Below the pieces are notes generated by a model. That model was given only the letters and a program-made list of their open reading frames with translations, made no database searches and was not told the origin of the DNA. This document shows positions 1-9,149 of a stretch of DNA of 64,000 nt, piece after piece. The stretch lies in sequence record NC_052653.1; one strand, 5' to 3'. The position numbers and the translations under genes were made by a program. Each line of letters begins with the position of its first letter. The first letter of the stretch is position 1. The DNA is from Escherichia phage vB_vPM_PD06.

Positions 1-465
1 GAACTTAACCGTTATCCTAATGACAAATTCTCTGATGCACTTGCATTAATGGGTATCAGTATTACTGAACACGGCTATGCTGCAAAAGAAGTTAAACTTC
101 TGAAAGTTAACGGTGTAGATCGTACAGCAGATGTTTCGTCAGATACCGATATTGACGGTATGACAGCACAAGGTTTGTTTAGCGGTAATCGTTATGTTGT
201 AGCTGTAGATCATAAGTCAGGAGAAGAGCATCTTCCTGAAATGGAAGGGATTGTTACCGTAGAAGATAAAGATGAAGAAGGTGACTACTACTGGGGTGTA
301 GACCGTATCTTGCTAACGTATGATGAAAAACACATTCGTACAATGGGTGGTGACGGTTATCACTTTATGTTCACCGATGATAAAGGTAACAACATTGAAG
401 TTGTTATTAAAAACAAAGAACGTAAAAACTACACAGAGTATGTGTTTGGTGGTCGTTCTTACTAA
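1..465 (+). CDS. hypothetical protein, 5' end outside window
   Basis: Reading frame is open from position 1 and continuous with the listed ORF 49..465; no recognisable motif. Confidence 0.45.
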   Translation, partial: ELNRYPNDKFSDALALMGISITEHGYAAKEVKLLKVNGVDRTADVSSDTDIDGMTAQGLFSGNRYVVAVDHKSGEEHLPEMEGIVTVEDKDEEGDYYWGVDRILLTYDEKHIRTMGGDGYHFMFTDDKGNNIEVVIKNKERKNYTEYVFGGRSY

Positions 466-474
466 GTGATAAAA

Positions 475-497
475 GGAGGCGAAAGCCTCCTTTATTT
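475..497 (+). terminator. putative rho-independent terminator
   Basis: Inverted repeat GGAGGC-GAAA-GCCTCC followed by TTTATTTAT, directly after the stop at 465. Confidence 0.5.
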
Positions 498-499
498 AT

Positions 500-703
500 A
501 TGGAGGGTATTATGGATCATTATTTTGTTTTTAAAGATAAAGTTGATACAGCAGGTGGTCACGTTGCTAAAAATGATCGTGACATTAAAGAAGTATTAGG
601 AGATCTGATTAACATTTTAGAACAAAAAGAGTTGCTTTTAGATAAGGATATTGCTAGACTTCTTGGTGTGGGGACAAGTGATATACAAAGATTACCATTC
701 TAA
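500..703 (+). CDS. hypothetical small protein
   Basis: ORF track; GGAGGG lies 3 nt before an internal ATG at 512, so the true start may be 512. Confidence 0.35.
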   Translation: MEGIMDHYFVFKDKVDTAGGHVAKNDRDIKEVLGDLINILEQKELLLDKDIARLLGVGTSDIQRLPF

Positions 704-872
704 AGGGGAAGAAAATGCTTACAGATGATGAATATAAAGCTATCCAGGAAAAACTAACGGAGCTTGAAACTCTTGCTGCAAATCTTAAAGATCAATCACA
801 TGCTGGAAAGTTACTACGTCAAGAGATTAATAAAATTAAGCAGATGATATTCTTTTGGACGGAGGATTAAAA

Positions 873-1529
873 ATGACTGTTAAGCATATTTCTTTTGATG
901 TATGGAATACTCTTATTACTGCTAATCCTTTGTATGCAGAAGAACGCAACAAGGTTATTGCCGAGTATACCTCTTGTTCTGAGGCAGAAGCAGCTACCGT
1001 ATATAAAGAGGTAAAAACTCTCCTGGATTTAAAAGCAGAAAAAGGCGTTTGTGGAACGTCTAGGAATGCTTGGGAAACACTTTCTACTCGTTTGAACATT
1101 GATCTTGATAAGGTGGATGGATTAAAAAGAGACTGTTTAGCAATGTTTATAAAACATCCTCCAATATTGAACCCTGAGCTTTGCAAGAAGTTGGAAGAGC
1201 TAAGTTCAACCTATTCTTTGAGTATTAAGAGCAATACTAATTTTGTACCAGGTAGTTTCTTAGCTGTATATTCTGGCTTAACAAAATTACCATTTGACTT
1301 TATGCATTTTTCTGATGAGTTTTGCTTGTGTAAACCAGATCCTAGGTTTTTTAAACTCTCTTTTGATGAAATGGTAACGTTTGATCTCGCACCAGAGGAG
1401 ATTTTACACGTTGGAGATAGTTTGATCTATGATGGAAAAGCTGTTGACATAGGGATGAAGTTCTGTCATATTATTAATCCAGAAGATTTGTTGGCTAAAC
1501 TTAAAAAAGAGGAACTTATTAATGCGTAA
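873..1529 (+). CDS. HAD-superfamily-like hydrolase/phosphatase
   Basis: GGAGGA RBS at 861-866 before ATG 873 (listed ORF starts at 855). N-terminal FDVWNTL resembles HAD motif I (DxDGTL-like); C-terminal HVGDSLIYDGKAVDIG resembles HAD motif IV. Confidence 0.5.
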   Translation: MTVKHISFDVWNTLITANPLYAEERNKVIAEYTSCSEAEAATVYKEVKTLLDLKAEKGVCGTSRNAWETLSTRLNIDLDKVDGLKRDCLAMFIKHPPILNPELCKKLEELSSTYSLSIKSNTNFVPGSFLAVYSGLTKLPFDFMHFSDEFCLCKPDPRFFKLSFDEMVTFDLAPEEILHVGDSLIYDGKAVDIGMKFCHIINPEDLLAKLKKEELINA

Positions 1530-2379
1530 TCAAATTCAACATTTTGCTAATACTTTTACTAACCTGAAGGAAGCAAAATTTAACATTGCAGATTATTCCA
1601 AACTAAAGTTTGGTAGTAACCAGGCAGCAAAAAGAATGGGACGCATTCTGGCTGAAAGTTTCTTTTCTAAATATGAAGAACGACTAGTAAATGAAAGTTT
1701 TGTTGTTATTCCATCTCCATACAACTATGTGAAAAATGCAGCTACAGTGTTATCTGAACATTTTGTAGATCACCTCAACTACCTAATCTCTATCAAAGGA
1801 GGTAAAGCAGTAGAGTGGGATATCGTTCATCGTAAAGTGAGTTATATCAATGATTATGGATTTCTTAGCAAAGAAGATCGTAAGGCTTTGATCGATGGTG
1901 ACACTTTCTCTATCAATCGTGATTTCTGGGGTAATAAAACTCTGATTTTCATTGATGATGTTAATATTACAGGAACACACGAAGAAAAACTTATTGAAAT
2001 TTTAGACAAAGAAGGTGTTGAAAACGATACGTTTTTCCTGTACTTTGCAAAGTATGAAGGTACAGAAGCCAACACCGAAGCTGCGCTTAACTTCAACTAT
2101 ATCAATAACTTGGCAGCTTTTATTAAAATGATTAAGCAAGAAACTGATGCTAAATGTTTGGTTCGTCCTATTAAGTATCTAATGAGTCAAAGCGAAGTTG
2201 ATTTTAAAATTGCACTTTCACAACTTCCTTTGTATTATGTAGAACAACTGTTCTTTGGTTGCCTTGCAGAAGGTTACAATAATATTGAAAAATACAAAGA
2301 GAACTTTGATTTCCTGCGTCAATTTTTTGAAAGCAACATTATCAACAAATCTAATGTTAAAGGGGATTATTATGTCTAA
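1522..2379 (+). CDS. phosphoribosyltransferase-fold protein
   Basis: TLIFIDDVNITGTH matches the PRPP-binding loop of type I phosphoribosyltransferases (hydrophobic run, DD, then T-G-T). Start overlaps the upstream stop by 8 nt. Confidence 0.55.
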   Translation: MRNQIQHFANTFTNLKEAKFNIADYSKLKFGSNQAAKRMGRILAESFFSKYEERLVNESFVVIPSPYNYVKNAATVLSEHFVDHLNYLISIKGGKAVEWDIVHRKVSYINDYGFLSKEDRKALIDGDTFSINRDFWGNKTLIFIDDVNITGTHEEKLIEILDKEGVENDTFFLYFAKYEGTEANTEAALNFNYINNLAAFIKMIKQETDAKCLVRPIKYLMSQSEVDFKIALSQLPLYYVEQLFFGCLAEGYNNIEKYKENFDFLRQFFESNIINKSNVKGDYYV

Positions 2380-3088
2380 TAAAGTGACGACTTTCGGAGA
2401 TCCTATCACCAATATTACAGAAAAAGATTTTGGGCGTGTAGCAACAGATAAAGATGGTGTCTTAAGAATTCGTGTACAAGGCATTACAGCACAGGATGAA
2501 TATGCTGTGTATGTTTCAGGTCTTAATTATATTGATGATCGCATTACACAAAACTTTGCACTGATCGGTGGTGTAGAGAAAATGTACTGGGAAGATGAAA
2601 TTGTAACAAGTTATCCAGCAGGTATCATTGAGGTACACGGTGATCTTTTAGCAGCAGCCGAGAGAGGCGATATAGACGCTATAGCACACTGCTGTAACTG
2701 TTTTTGCACTATGGGTAGTGGTATTGCACCAAAAATTAAAAGCAAGTGGCCTGGTGCGTTTAAAGCAGATTGTGCCACTAAGCGTGGTGATTATAAAAAA
2801 TTAGGTACGTTTACTAAGTATACAGAAAACAATTTGACAATTTATAATTTATATGGACAATATGGTTATAGTCGTCGTGAGGAAGGTAAGCGTGACCTGA
2901 ATTATGAAGCTATCTACAATGCGTTAGATAGTATGGGAGACGATGTTGTATCTTCAGGCGGTAAAATTGTAGGTTTACCAATGCTTGGTTGTGGTTTGGC
3001 TGGAGGTTCTTGGAATATTGTAAAACTTATGATCGAAGAAACTCTAGTGAACAAAGGTTTAAATGTAATTGTTTACAAACTGAAATAA
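2372..3088 (+). CDS. macro-domain protein (ADP-ribose binding/processing family)
   Basis: Start set at internal ATG 2372 (listed ORF 2255 overlaps the upstream gene). AIAHCCNCFCTMGSGIA and GKIVGLPMLGCGLAGGSWNIV resemble the two glycine-rich macro-domain loops. Confidence 0.5.
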   Translation: MSNKVTTFGDPITNITEKDFGRVATDKDGVLRIRVQGITAQDEYAVYVSGLNYIDDRITQNFALIGGVEKMYWEDEIVTSYPAGIIEVHGDLLAAAERGDIDAIAHCCNCFCTMGSGIAPKIKSKWPGAFKADCATKRGDYKKLGTFTKYTENNLTIYNLYGQYGYSRREEGKRDLNYEAIYNALDSMGDDVVSSGGKIVGLPMLGCGLAGGSWNIVKLMIEETLVNKGLNVIVYKLK

Positions 3089-3097
3089 GGAGAAAGT

Positions 3098-3304
3098 ATG
3101 GCAGGTGTTTTAGCAGTATTAGGTTGTTTTATTGTTGTATTCTTGATTGTGTTAATCCCTAGTTGGCTACTGCTTTTAGCATACAACTATATGATTGACA
3201 TTATCGGTTTAGACTGGCATCATGTTCCTGTAACGTTTTGGAGTGTAGTCTGTGTGACGTTCATTCTTGCGGTACTTCGTGGTATCTTTCAATCTAACAA
3301 ATAA
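3098..3304 (+). CDS. small membrane protein, two predicted transmembrane helices
   Basis: 68 aa, two long hydrophobic stretches; RBS GGAGAAAG upstream. Confidence 0.4.
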   Translation: MAGVLAVLGCFIVVFLIVLIPSWLLLLAYNYMIDIIGLDWHHVPVTFWSVVCVTFILAVLRGIFQSNK

Positions 3305-3318
3305 GAGAGGATCTTTAT

Positions 3319-3567
3319 ATGCGTAAAGTAAATGTTGAAGTGCTTGAAAAATTTAAAAACACTCGTGATTGTACTATTGGTAAGGTTTATGAGGCTATTC
3401 TCCTTGAAGATGGAGATATTGTTCCTGCCCCGTATCACGCCTTTAATGGTCAGGTTAGCAAAGTGGAAGGTGGTCTTGCTGTTTGCTTTATTGATGATGT
3501 AGGTGATGCTGTAGCTTTCCCTATCATTAACAAAGAAGATAAACTTAAAATTACAGAACTGAACTAG
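3319..3567 (+). CDS. hypothetical protein
   Basis: ORF track; RBS GAGAGG upstream. Confidence 0.4.
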   Translation: MRKVNVEVLEKFKNTRDCTIGKVYEAILLEDGDIVPAPYHAFNGQVSKVEGGLAVCFIDDVGDAVAFPIINKEDKLKITELN

Positions 3568-3595
3568 TTGACTTTCTTTAAAAACAGTTTATAGT
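3568..3595 (+). promoter_or_regulatory. sigma70-like promoter (TTGACT, 16 nt, TATAGT)
   Basis: -35 TTGACT at 3568-3573 and -10 TATAGT at 3590-3595; followed by a hairpin GCGGAGG-ATTGT-CCTCCGC at about 3607-3626 in the leader of the TerC-like gene. Confidence 0.45.
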
Positions 3596-3644
3596 ATACG
3601 ACATATAGCGGAGGATTGTCCTCCGCATTAAAGAGGAGAAAAGA

Positions 3645-4622
3645 ATGCAACTGGGTTTCCCAATTATTGATGTGGTTGTTTTAGTGGGTATTTTAGTCTT
3701 GTCGATTTGTATTGATTTCTTCGGACACAGAGAAAACAAAGAAATCTCATTTAAATCTGCAATTGGCTGGTCAATTTTCTGGATTGGGGTATCATTAGCC
3801 TACTATGGTTTTGTATACTTCCAACACGGTGCTGATTTCGCGAGCTTGTTCTTGAGTGGGTATGTGTTGGAGAAATCTCTTTCTGTAGATAACTTAGTAG
3901 TATTTGTGGCAGTATTCGCAAGTTTTGGTATTAAAAGCACACACTTGCAACACAAGATTCTACTTTGGGGTATTGCAGGTGCGATTGTCTTCCGAGGTGT
4001 GTTTGTAGCAGTAGGCACTTACTTGTTGAGTTTGGGCTGGTATGTTAATATCTTCTTCGGTGCTGTCATCCTTTTCTGTGCAGCTAAAATGGTATTCGCT
4101 GGAGATAATGACGCAGAAGTTGATTACTCTAAACACTGGGCTACTCGCATTGTTCGTAAGCTGTTCCCTGTATCTGATCAGATGGATGGTGAGAAGTTCT
4201 TCACAATCAAAAATGGTGTTCGTGTAGCAACTCCTGCATTGGTTTGTGTGTTTGTAATGGAAATGGTTGACGTAATCTTTGCAGTAGACTCTGTTCCAGC
4301 AGTAATTGCAGTGACACAAGAACCTCTGCTTGTATTTTCTTCAATGCTGTGTGCAATTTTAGGTCTACGTGCTCTGTTCTTTGTCCTTAGTGTTGCACTG
4401 AAATATTTGGTTCATCTGGAGAAAGCAGTTATCGTAGTCCTGGTATTTGTGGGTGTAAAACTGATGTATCACCCGTTTGCAGAAACTCTGCACGCAAAAG
4501 TGAGTTTCCTGCCAGCACACATTGATCCGACGATCAGTATGTATATTGTGTTAGGTACTCTGGGGCTGGGTGTTATTGCAAGTTTAATCTTCCCTGAAAA
4601 AGAAGACCAGGCTGTTGCTTAA
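3645..4622 (+). CDS. terC: TerC-family integral membrane protein
   Basis: Polytopic membrane protein of 325 aa containing SVDNLVVFVAVFASFG and a second acidic-then-hydrophobic block (EMVDVIFAVDSVPAVIAV), as in TerC-family proteins; RBS AAGAGGAG. Confidence 0.6.
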   Translation: MQLGFPIIDVVVLVGILVLSICIDFFGHRENKEISFKSAIGWSIFWIGVSLAYYGFVYFQHGADFASLFLSGYVLEKSLSVDNLVVFVAVFASFGIKSTHLQHKILLWGIAGAIVFRGVFVAVGTYLLSLGWYVNIFFGAVILFCAAKMVFAGDNDAEVDYSKHWATRIVRKLFPVSDQMDGEKFFTIKNGVRVATPALVCVFVMEMVDVIFAVDSVPAVIAVTQEPLLVFSSMLCAILGLRALFFVLSVALKYLVHLEKAVIVVLVFVGVKLMYHPFAETLHAKVSFLPAHIDPTISMYIVLGTLGLGVIASLIFPEKEDQAVA

Positions 4623-4630
4623 TTCATTAA

Positions 4631-4650
4631 GCCCCTTCGGGGGCTTTGTT
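4631..4650 (+). terminator. rho-independent terminator
   Basis: GCCCC-TTCG-GGGGC hairpin followed by TTTGTT. Confidence 0.55.
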
Positions 4651-4661
4651 GAGGTGATCTG

Positions 4662-4868
4662 ATGGTGGTTTTACGTGTTCTTTGGATTCTGTTTGAAAAT
4701 ATTTGTTTTGCTTTAGGGTTATTTTGTTTGATTTTTATCTTGACAACATACATTGATAACCATACAATTACTATCAACAGGAACGGAGAACAGATGTATT
4801 GTTTCTCTAGGGATTTTAAAAATTGTGTCGAGACTTTAAATGAGAGGGTTACAAATGAAAAACATTAA
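4662..4868 (+). CDS. hypothetical small hydrophobic protein
   Basis: ORF track; hydrophobic N-terminus; GAGGTG precedes the start. May be spurious. Confidence 0.3.
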   Translation: MVVLRVLWILFENICFALGLFCLIFILTTYIDNHTITINRNGEQMYCFSRDFKNCVETLNERVTNEKH

Positions 4869-5445
4869 ATCTTTTATTGTTGCAGTTGTTTTAGGTAGTG
4901 CATTGCTGGTAGGTTGTGATGATTCTGAAAATGTACAAAACCAACGTTACCAACAAACACCAAATCAGATGGTAGATGAACAATATGTAAATCAACCTGC
5001 ACCTCAAGTTGTTCAAGCAGCACCTGCACAACCTTCAACAGTTGTTGTGCAAGGAGGCGGTAGTGGTTCTTCTGGTGTAGGTGAATTTGCTACAGGTATG
5101 CTTCTTGGTCATATGTTGAGTGGTAATAGTGGCGGTGGTGGTTATAGAGATGGCGGTAGCAATACAACAATTATTAATAACAACGCTGCTCCTACAACTA
5201 ACAGTAAATCATATACAACACAAAAGCATAGTTTTTATGATAAACAAGGGAATACATATACAACAACTAAACAAAACACAATTAAGCAGCAAAGTGTACA
5301 AACGTATTCACGCCCATCAACAACAAAAGTGAATAGTGATTACTCTGCTCGTAAGTCTTACTCAAGCCCTATTAGCTCTTATAGTAAGTCTTCGAAAAGT
5401 TATTCTTCGTCGAAACGTAGTTTTAGTAGCTCACGTCGTCGTTAA
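4855..5445 (+). CDS. predicted lipoprotein with Ser/Tyr/Thr-rich low-complexity tail
   Basis: Start set at MKNIK (4855). Signal peptide ending in lipobox LLVGC, then Gly-rich and S/Y/T/K-rich sequence ending SSSRRR. Confidence 0.5.
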   Translation: MKNIKSFIVAVVLGSALLVGCDDSENVQNQRYQQTPNQMVDEQYVNQPAPQVVQAAPAQPSTVVVQGGGSGSSGVGEFATGMLLGHMLSGNSGGGGYRDGGSNTTIINNNAAPTTNSKSYTTQKHSFYDKQGNTYTTTKQNTIKQQSVQTYSRPSTTKVNSDYSARKSYSSPISSYSKSSKSYSSSKRSFSSSRRR

Positions 5446-5480
5446 TAATTTAATACAGATTAAATAAGAAGGAGAAACAG

Positions 5481-6332
5481 ATGAAACTAGAAGTTGGTAA
5501 AGTGTATCGCCTGGAAGGTTGGATCTTTAATCAAGAAATTCTTGAGAAGAATAAAGATGGTTTTGAGTTTGTTGGTACTACCAAAGAAAGTATGCACGAT
5601 GACGAATACTGTAAATTCGTTGGTAAAAATACAGGTCAAGAACAATTTTGCTTTAAAAGCGCAATCGGTGATTATGCTTCTGTAATGCCAACGCCAGAAA
5701 AAACTTCGAAACAATATACTGTCTTTGGTGTAAAACTTGAAGAGCTTGTAGAACACCCACGTTTTGAAGAGTTTAAGGTTGCTGCAATGTGCAAGCATTC
5801 TGAAATTAAGATACATAATTTGTTTGATTTAGAAGATCGGTTTGATATCTTTATGTATGATCGCAGGGGAAAGCATTTTGATGCAACGACTTCAAAATTT
5901 GCTGCAACAGAGGATATTAAAATCCTTGATGTTGATACCTTTCTTGAGAGTGTATCGTTTGTATTCATTCCTAAATACAAAAAACGTAGTGATCATAAAC
6001 GTGTGAAAGGAACTCCTCGTAAAAAACGTACTGTAAACAAAGCAACTTTGCACTTCACTTCTGGTGATAAATATACTCTCAAAGGGTTTGAAAGTGTTTT
6101 GTATGATGCGGGAACGGGTAATATCAAGTTTATCATTAAGGCAACCTACAAAGGTACGGTATTGCACGAAGAGGCTGTTACACTACCTGTATTCGATATC
6201 TCTCGTGTTGAGGTACGGGGTGTTAAAGAGTCCTTCGATCTGGATTTCTTAACCACTAATGCTACTGGTTATGTTAACCTGGAAGCAGATGGAGCATTTA
6301 TTACTACAAATTATTTAGATATGTTTGTTTAA
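5481..6332 (+). CDS. hypothetical protein
   Basis: ORF track; RBS AAGGAGAAAC; no motif recognised. Confidence 0.5.
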   Translation: MKLEVGKVYRLEGWIFNQEILEKNKDGFEFVGTTKESMHDDEYCKFVGKNTGQEQFCFKSAIGDYASVMPTPEKTSKQYTVFGVKLEELVEHPRFEEFKVAAMCKHSEIKIHNLFDLEDRFDIFMYDRRGKHFDATTSKFAATEDIKILDVDTFLESVSFVFIPKYKKRSDHKRVKGTPRKKRTVNKATLHFTSGDKYTLKGFESVLYDAGTGNIKFIIKATYKGTVLHEEAVTLPVFDISRVEVRGVKESFDLDFLTTNATGYVNLEADGAFITTNYLDMFV

Positions 6333-6400
6333 TACTTAATTTGTGTTATGATGGTGGTACAGAGGTATCACCATCTACTAAAGAATATGGAGGAAATTGA

Positions 6401-7504
6401 ATGTCCAGTCCTTTTATCAGTGCCGTAAAAAGCAAACCGTCTGAAACGAGTGTATTCACGGCAACAACAGAAAAAAGTAAGTCTTTGTTTGCTCCAAGTG
6501 CTATGGATGCAAGCCCTGTATATGCCCCTGCTGTTGCACGACCTGTACAAATGCTGCCTCCAATGTCTCGTGAAGAGATTGAACAGGTTGGTGCTGATGC
6601 AGGACTTACTCTTCGTAACCTTAATGCGGAAGTGCTTAAACACCAGCGTTCATCTCAGGGAGATGAAATGAGTGAGCGTTTAACCGCACTTATTAAGCAA
6701 GCAAAGCAACTTGATCCTAATTCTATTAAACAATCTAAAGGTTTAGGTAAGCTAGTTAAGAAAGTATTAGGTATGAAAGAAGATTTGTTTGGAGAATTTG
6801 ACACCATCAATAATCGTATTGAAGGTTTGGTAAAGACACTCCAAACAGACTTGAAAAAAGAAGAAGATTCTTTACGATATCTGCAACGTTTAGAAGAGGC
6901 TATTGCAAAATATGCTCTTAGCTTAAACAGGGATATAGAGCTTCTAACAGCTACTTATGAAAAAGAAGAAGTTCACCTTAATACACTACCTGAAAATGAA
7001 GTAGAAGAGCGTCAACGTACTCGTGATACTATGGATCTGCTTGAAATTCGTATTGCAGACCTGAAAGCCTTGCGTTTACTGTGTGTTCAGATGGGGCCAC
7101 GTGTACAAAGTATGCAGAAAGTATCTGCAAGTTTGATGCGATCAGCCCGTAATATTGTGAATAATGTTATTCCTGCTTACTCTGCAAACTTTTCTATGTA
7201 TATTGAAAGTCTACGCCAGAAGAAAGCAGCCGATACACAGAACAATGTACTGAATGAATTTAATGCTGCTATTGCAATGGGTAGTGATCTGGCTGCACAA
7301 AACCAAATTGAAGCTACACAACTTGCTAATCGTCAAGTATTGGATATTGAGACATTACGTCGCGATCAAGAAAACTTAGTTAAAATGTTGGAAGAAACTA
7401 ATCGGATCAACACTGAAGCCCGTGCTGCTCGTATTGATTACATTCAAGAAGTGCAATCTCTTGAAGATGGTATGATTCAAACTGTTAAACGTGGTCTACT
7501 TTAA
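6401..7504 (+). CDS. TelA-like (toxic anion resistance family) protein, tentative
   Basis: 367 aa, largely helical/coiled-coil sequence of the size expected for TelA/KlaA proteins; call rests mainly on co-location with TerC-like, TerD-like and vWA genes. Confidence 0.4.
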   Translation: MSSPFISAVKSKPSETSVFTATTEKSKSLFAPSAMDASPVYAPAVARPVQMLPPMSREEIEQVGADAGLTLRNLNAEVLKHQRSSQGDEMSERLTALIKQAKQLDPNSIKQSKGLGKLVKKVLGMKEDLFGEFDTINNRIEGLVKTLQTDLKKEEDSLRYLQRLEEAIAKYALSLNRDIELLTATYEKEEVHLNTLPENEVEERQRTRDTMDLLEIRIADLKALRLLCVQMGPRVQSMQKVSASLMRSARNIVNNVIPAYSANFSMYIESLRQKKAADTQNNVLNEFNAAIAMGSDLAAQNQIEATQLANRQVLDIETLRRDQENLVKMLEETNRINTEARAARIDYIQEVQSLEDGMIQTVKRGLL

Positions 7505-7517
7505 GGAGAAATATATT

Positions 7518-7724
7518 ATGAATATTAAAATTTACAAACTGTCTGGTTCTATGATCGCTGTCCAGTACGACAATGAAGATCGTTATGTTCTCCTCCAGGA
7601 TGCTTGGTTAGATGATCCTAATGTATTTACTGTCCTGCGAGAACTACGTTCTGTCTATACCTATTCTTCTAAAGATGGTTTTGATAGTTCAACGATGGAT
7701 TTGGTAAAAGAGGAGAATGTGTAA
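7518..7724 (+). CDS. hypothetical small protein
   Basis: AGGAG RBS before internal ATG 7518 (listed ORF 7491). Confidence 0.4.
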   Translation: MNIKIYKLSGSMIAVQYDNEDRYVLLQDAWLDDPNVFTVLRELRSVYTYSSKDGFDSSTMDLVKEENV

Positions 7725-7927
7725 TGAATAAAGATATTCACTTAACTCGTGAAGAATTACAAACCATTATGGAAGATGCTTTCATTGATGGTTGGAAACA
7801 ATGTCAAGAGTCAAATTGGTATGATGCCGAAAACTTTTTGTATTATCATATGACTGCACCTGTAGACGAGCCAACACATTCTGAAACAACTTTGGCCTTA
7901 ATTGATCTTAAGGCTGGTGTATTTTAG
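7724..7927 (+). CDS. hypothetical small protein
   Basis: ORF track; AGGAG at 7711-7715. Confidence 0.4.
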   Translation: MNKDIHLTREELQTIMEDAFIDGWKQCQESNWYDAENFLYYHMTAPVDEPTHSETTLALIDLKAGVF

Positions 7928-8011
7928 TTGTAACTATCTCTTTAAACGAGTTACAAAAGATCACCAGAGAGGCTTTCTATTTAGGCTGGAGGGCAGGTAA
8001 AGGAGAAGACA

Positions 8012-8281
8012 GTGCTTAAATTTAATATCAAAGACGATAAATCAGATGAACCTAAATGTTTTGGAGAACTTGACGCAGGTGATACATTCGTATATTATGT
8101 TGCGTATCAAGATTCTGGTTTAGATACGTTCAGAAACTTAGTGTTTATTAAAGTTAATACAAACCAAGCAATGTGTCTGAACGGTTCACAAAGAGGTCAA
8201 CTTAGCTGTATTTCATATGATACAGAAATGGTAGAAGTGGATTTAGAAGTTACTAACATTACACTCAGAAAGGAGAAATAA
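8012..8281 (+). CDS. hypothetical small protein
   Basis: GTG start with AGGAG at 8001-8005. Confidence 0.4.
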   Translation: MLKFNIKDDKSDEPKCFGELDAGDTFVYYVAYQDSGLDTFRNLVFIKVNTNQAMCLNGSQRGQLSCISYDTEMVEVDLEVTNITLRKEK

Positions 8282-8282
8282 T

Positions 8283-9077
8283 ATGTCCAATAAAATCAGT
8301 CTTAAAAAACGTCAAGAAACTCTTACTGTATCTCTGCGTAAGAAAAAGATTAACGATGTTGTTCTTCGTGTCGGTAGCGCCTTAGATATTTCGGGTAGTA
8401 TGTGTGAGCTGTATCGTGATGGCACTGTTAGTGATTTTGTAGGTAAACTGCTGCCGTTTGGTATGAAGTTTGATGACAATGCACAGATTGACATGTGGGC
8501 TTTCAATAGTTCTTCTTTTGAACTGCCTCCTGCAACGGCTGATGTGTATGATGATTATGTCGGCTCTTGCATGTCTAATGTTTGCATCAACGGTGGTACT
8601 GCTTATGCTCCAGTAATGCAAGAGATCTATGATACATACTTCGGTAGTGTACCTATGAAAAATATTACACGCGAAGTCGTTGAGTATGAAGAAGTCCCGG
8701 CTAAGGGTTTCCTTGCTAAACTAACTGGTAAAAAAGAACTTGTAGAAGTAACACGTACTATTGTAGAACAGGTTGTAGATACTGATGCACAAGTTGATCG
8801 TACTCCTGCAATGATTTTCTTCCAAACTGACGGGGAAAACATGGATACTTCAGCAGTACGTAGCTTACTGAACAAACACCGCAATACGCCTGTTTACTGG
8901 TTTATGGTTGGTGTAGGTAATGCAAACTTTAAATTCCTGAAAGACTTGGCAAAAGAGTACGATAATGTTGATTTTATCGGTATTGCAGATTTGTCCTTGT
9001 CTGATGAAGAACTTTACGATAAACTGTTATCCGAAGAGTTTGGTGAGTGGGTTAAAAAATTCGGAGCAAAAGCGTAA
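8283..9077 (+). CDS. von Willebrand factor A (vWA) domain protein, TerY/TerF-like
   Basis: MIDAS-like DISGSM (DxSxS) near the N-terminus, downstream threonine-containing and acidic blocks; N-terminal ISLKK..VSLRKK echoes the start of the TerD-like protein. Confidence 0.55.
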   Translation: MSNKISLKKRQETLTVSLRKKKINDVVLRVGSALDISGSMCELYRDGTVSDFVGKLLPFGMKFDDNAQIDMWAFNSSSFELPPATADVYDDYVGSCMSNVCINGGTAYAPVMQEIYDTYFGSVPMKNITREVVEYEEVPAKGFLAKLTGKKELVEVTRTIVEQVVDTDAQVDRTPAMIFFQTDGENMDTSAVRSLLNKHRNTPVYWFMVGVGNANFKFLKDLAKEYDNVDFIGIADLSLSDEELYDKLLSEEFGEWVKKFGAKA

Positions 9078-9084
9078 AAAACGC

Positions 9085-9112
9085 TTGACTTTGTAGAAAA
9101 GATTAGTAAAAT
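9085..9112 (+). promoter_or_regulatory. sigma70-like promoter (TTGACT, 16 nt, TAAAAT)
   Basis: -35 TTGACT at 9085-9090 and -10 TAAAAT at 9107-9112, upstream of the TerD-like gene. Confidence 0.4.
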
Positions 9113-9149
9113 AGACAACGTAAATTAACAACAAAGGAGATAATAAATT

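Noticed and set aside
836-1186. Minus-strand ORF (116 aa) overlapping the HAD-like gene
   Set aside because: Lies entirely antisense inside a plus-strand gene with a good RBS and motifs; no RBS of its own; typical shadow ORF. The same applies to other antisense ORFs in the early arm (e.g. 1783..1980, 1854..2096, 3960..4319, 9027..9785).
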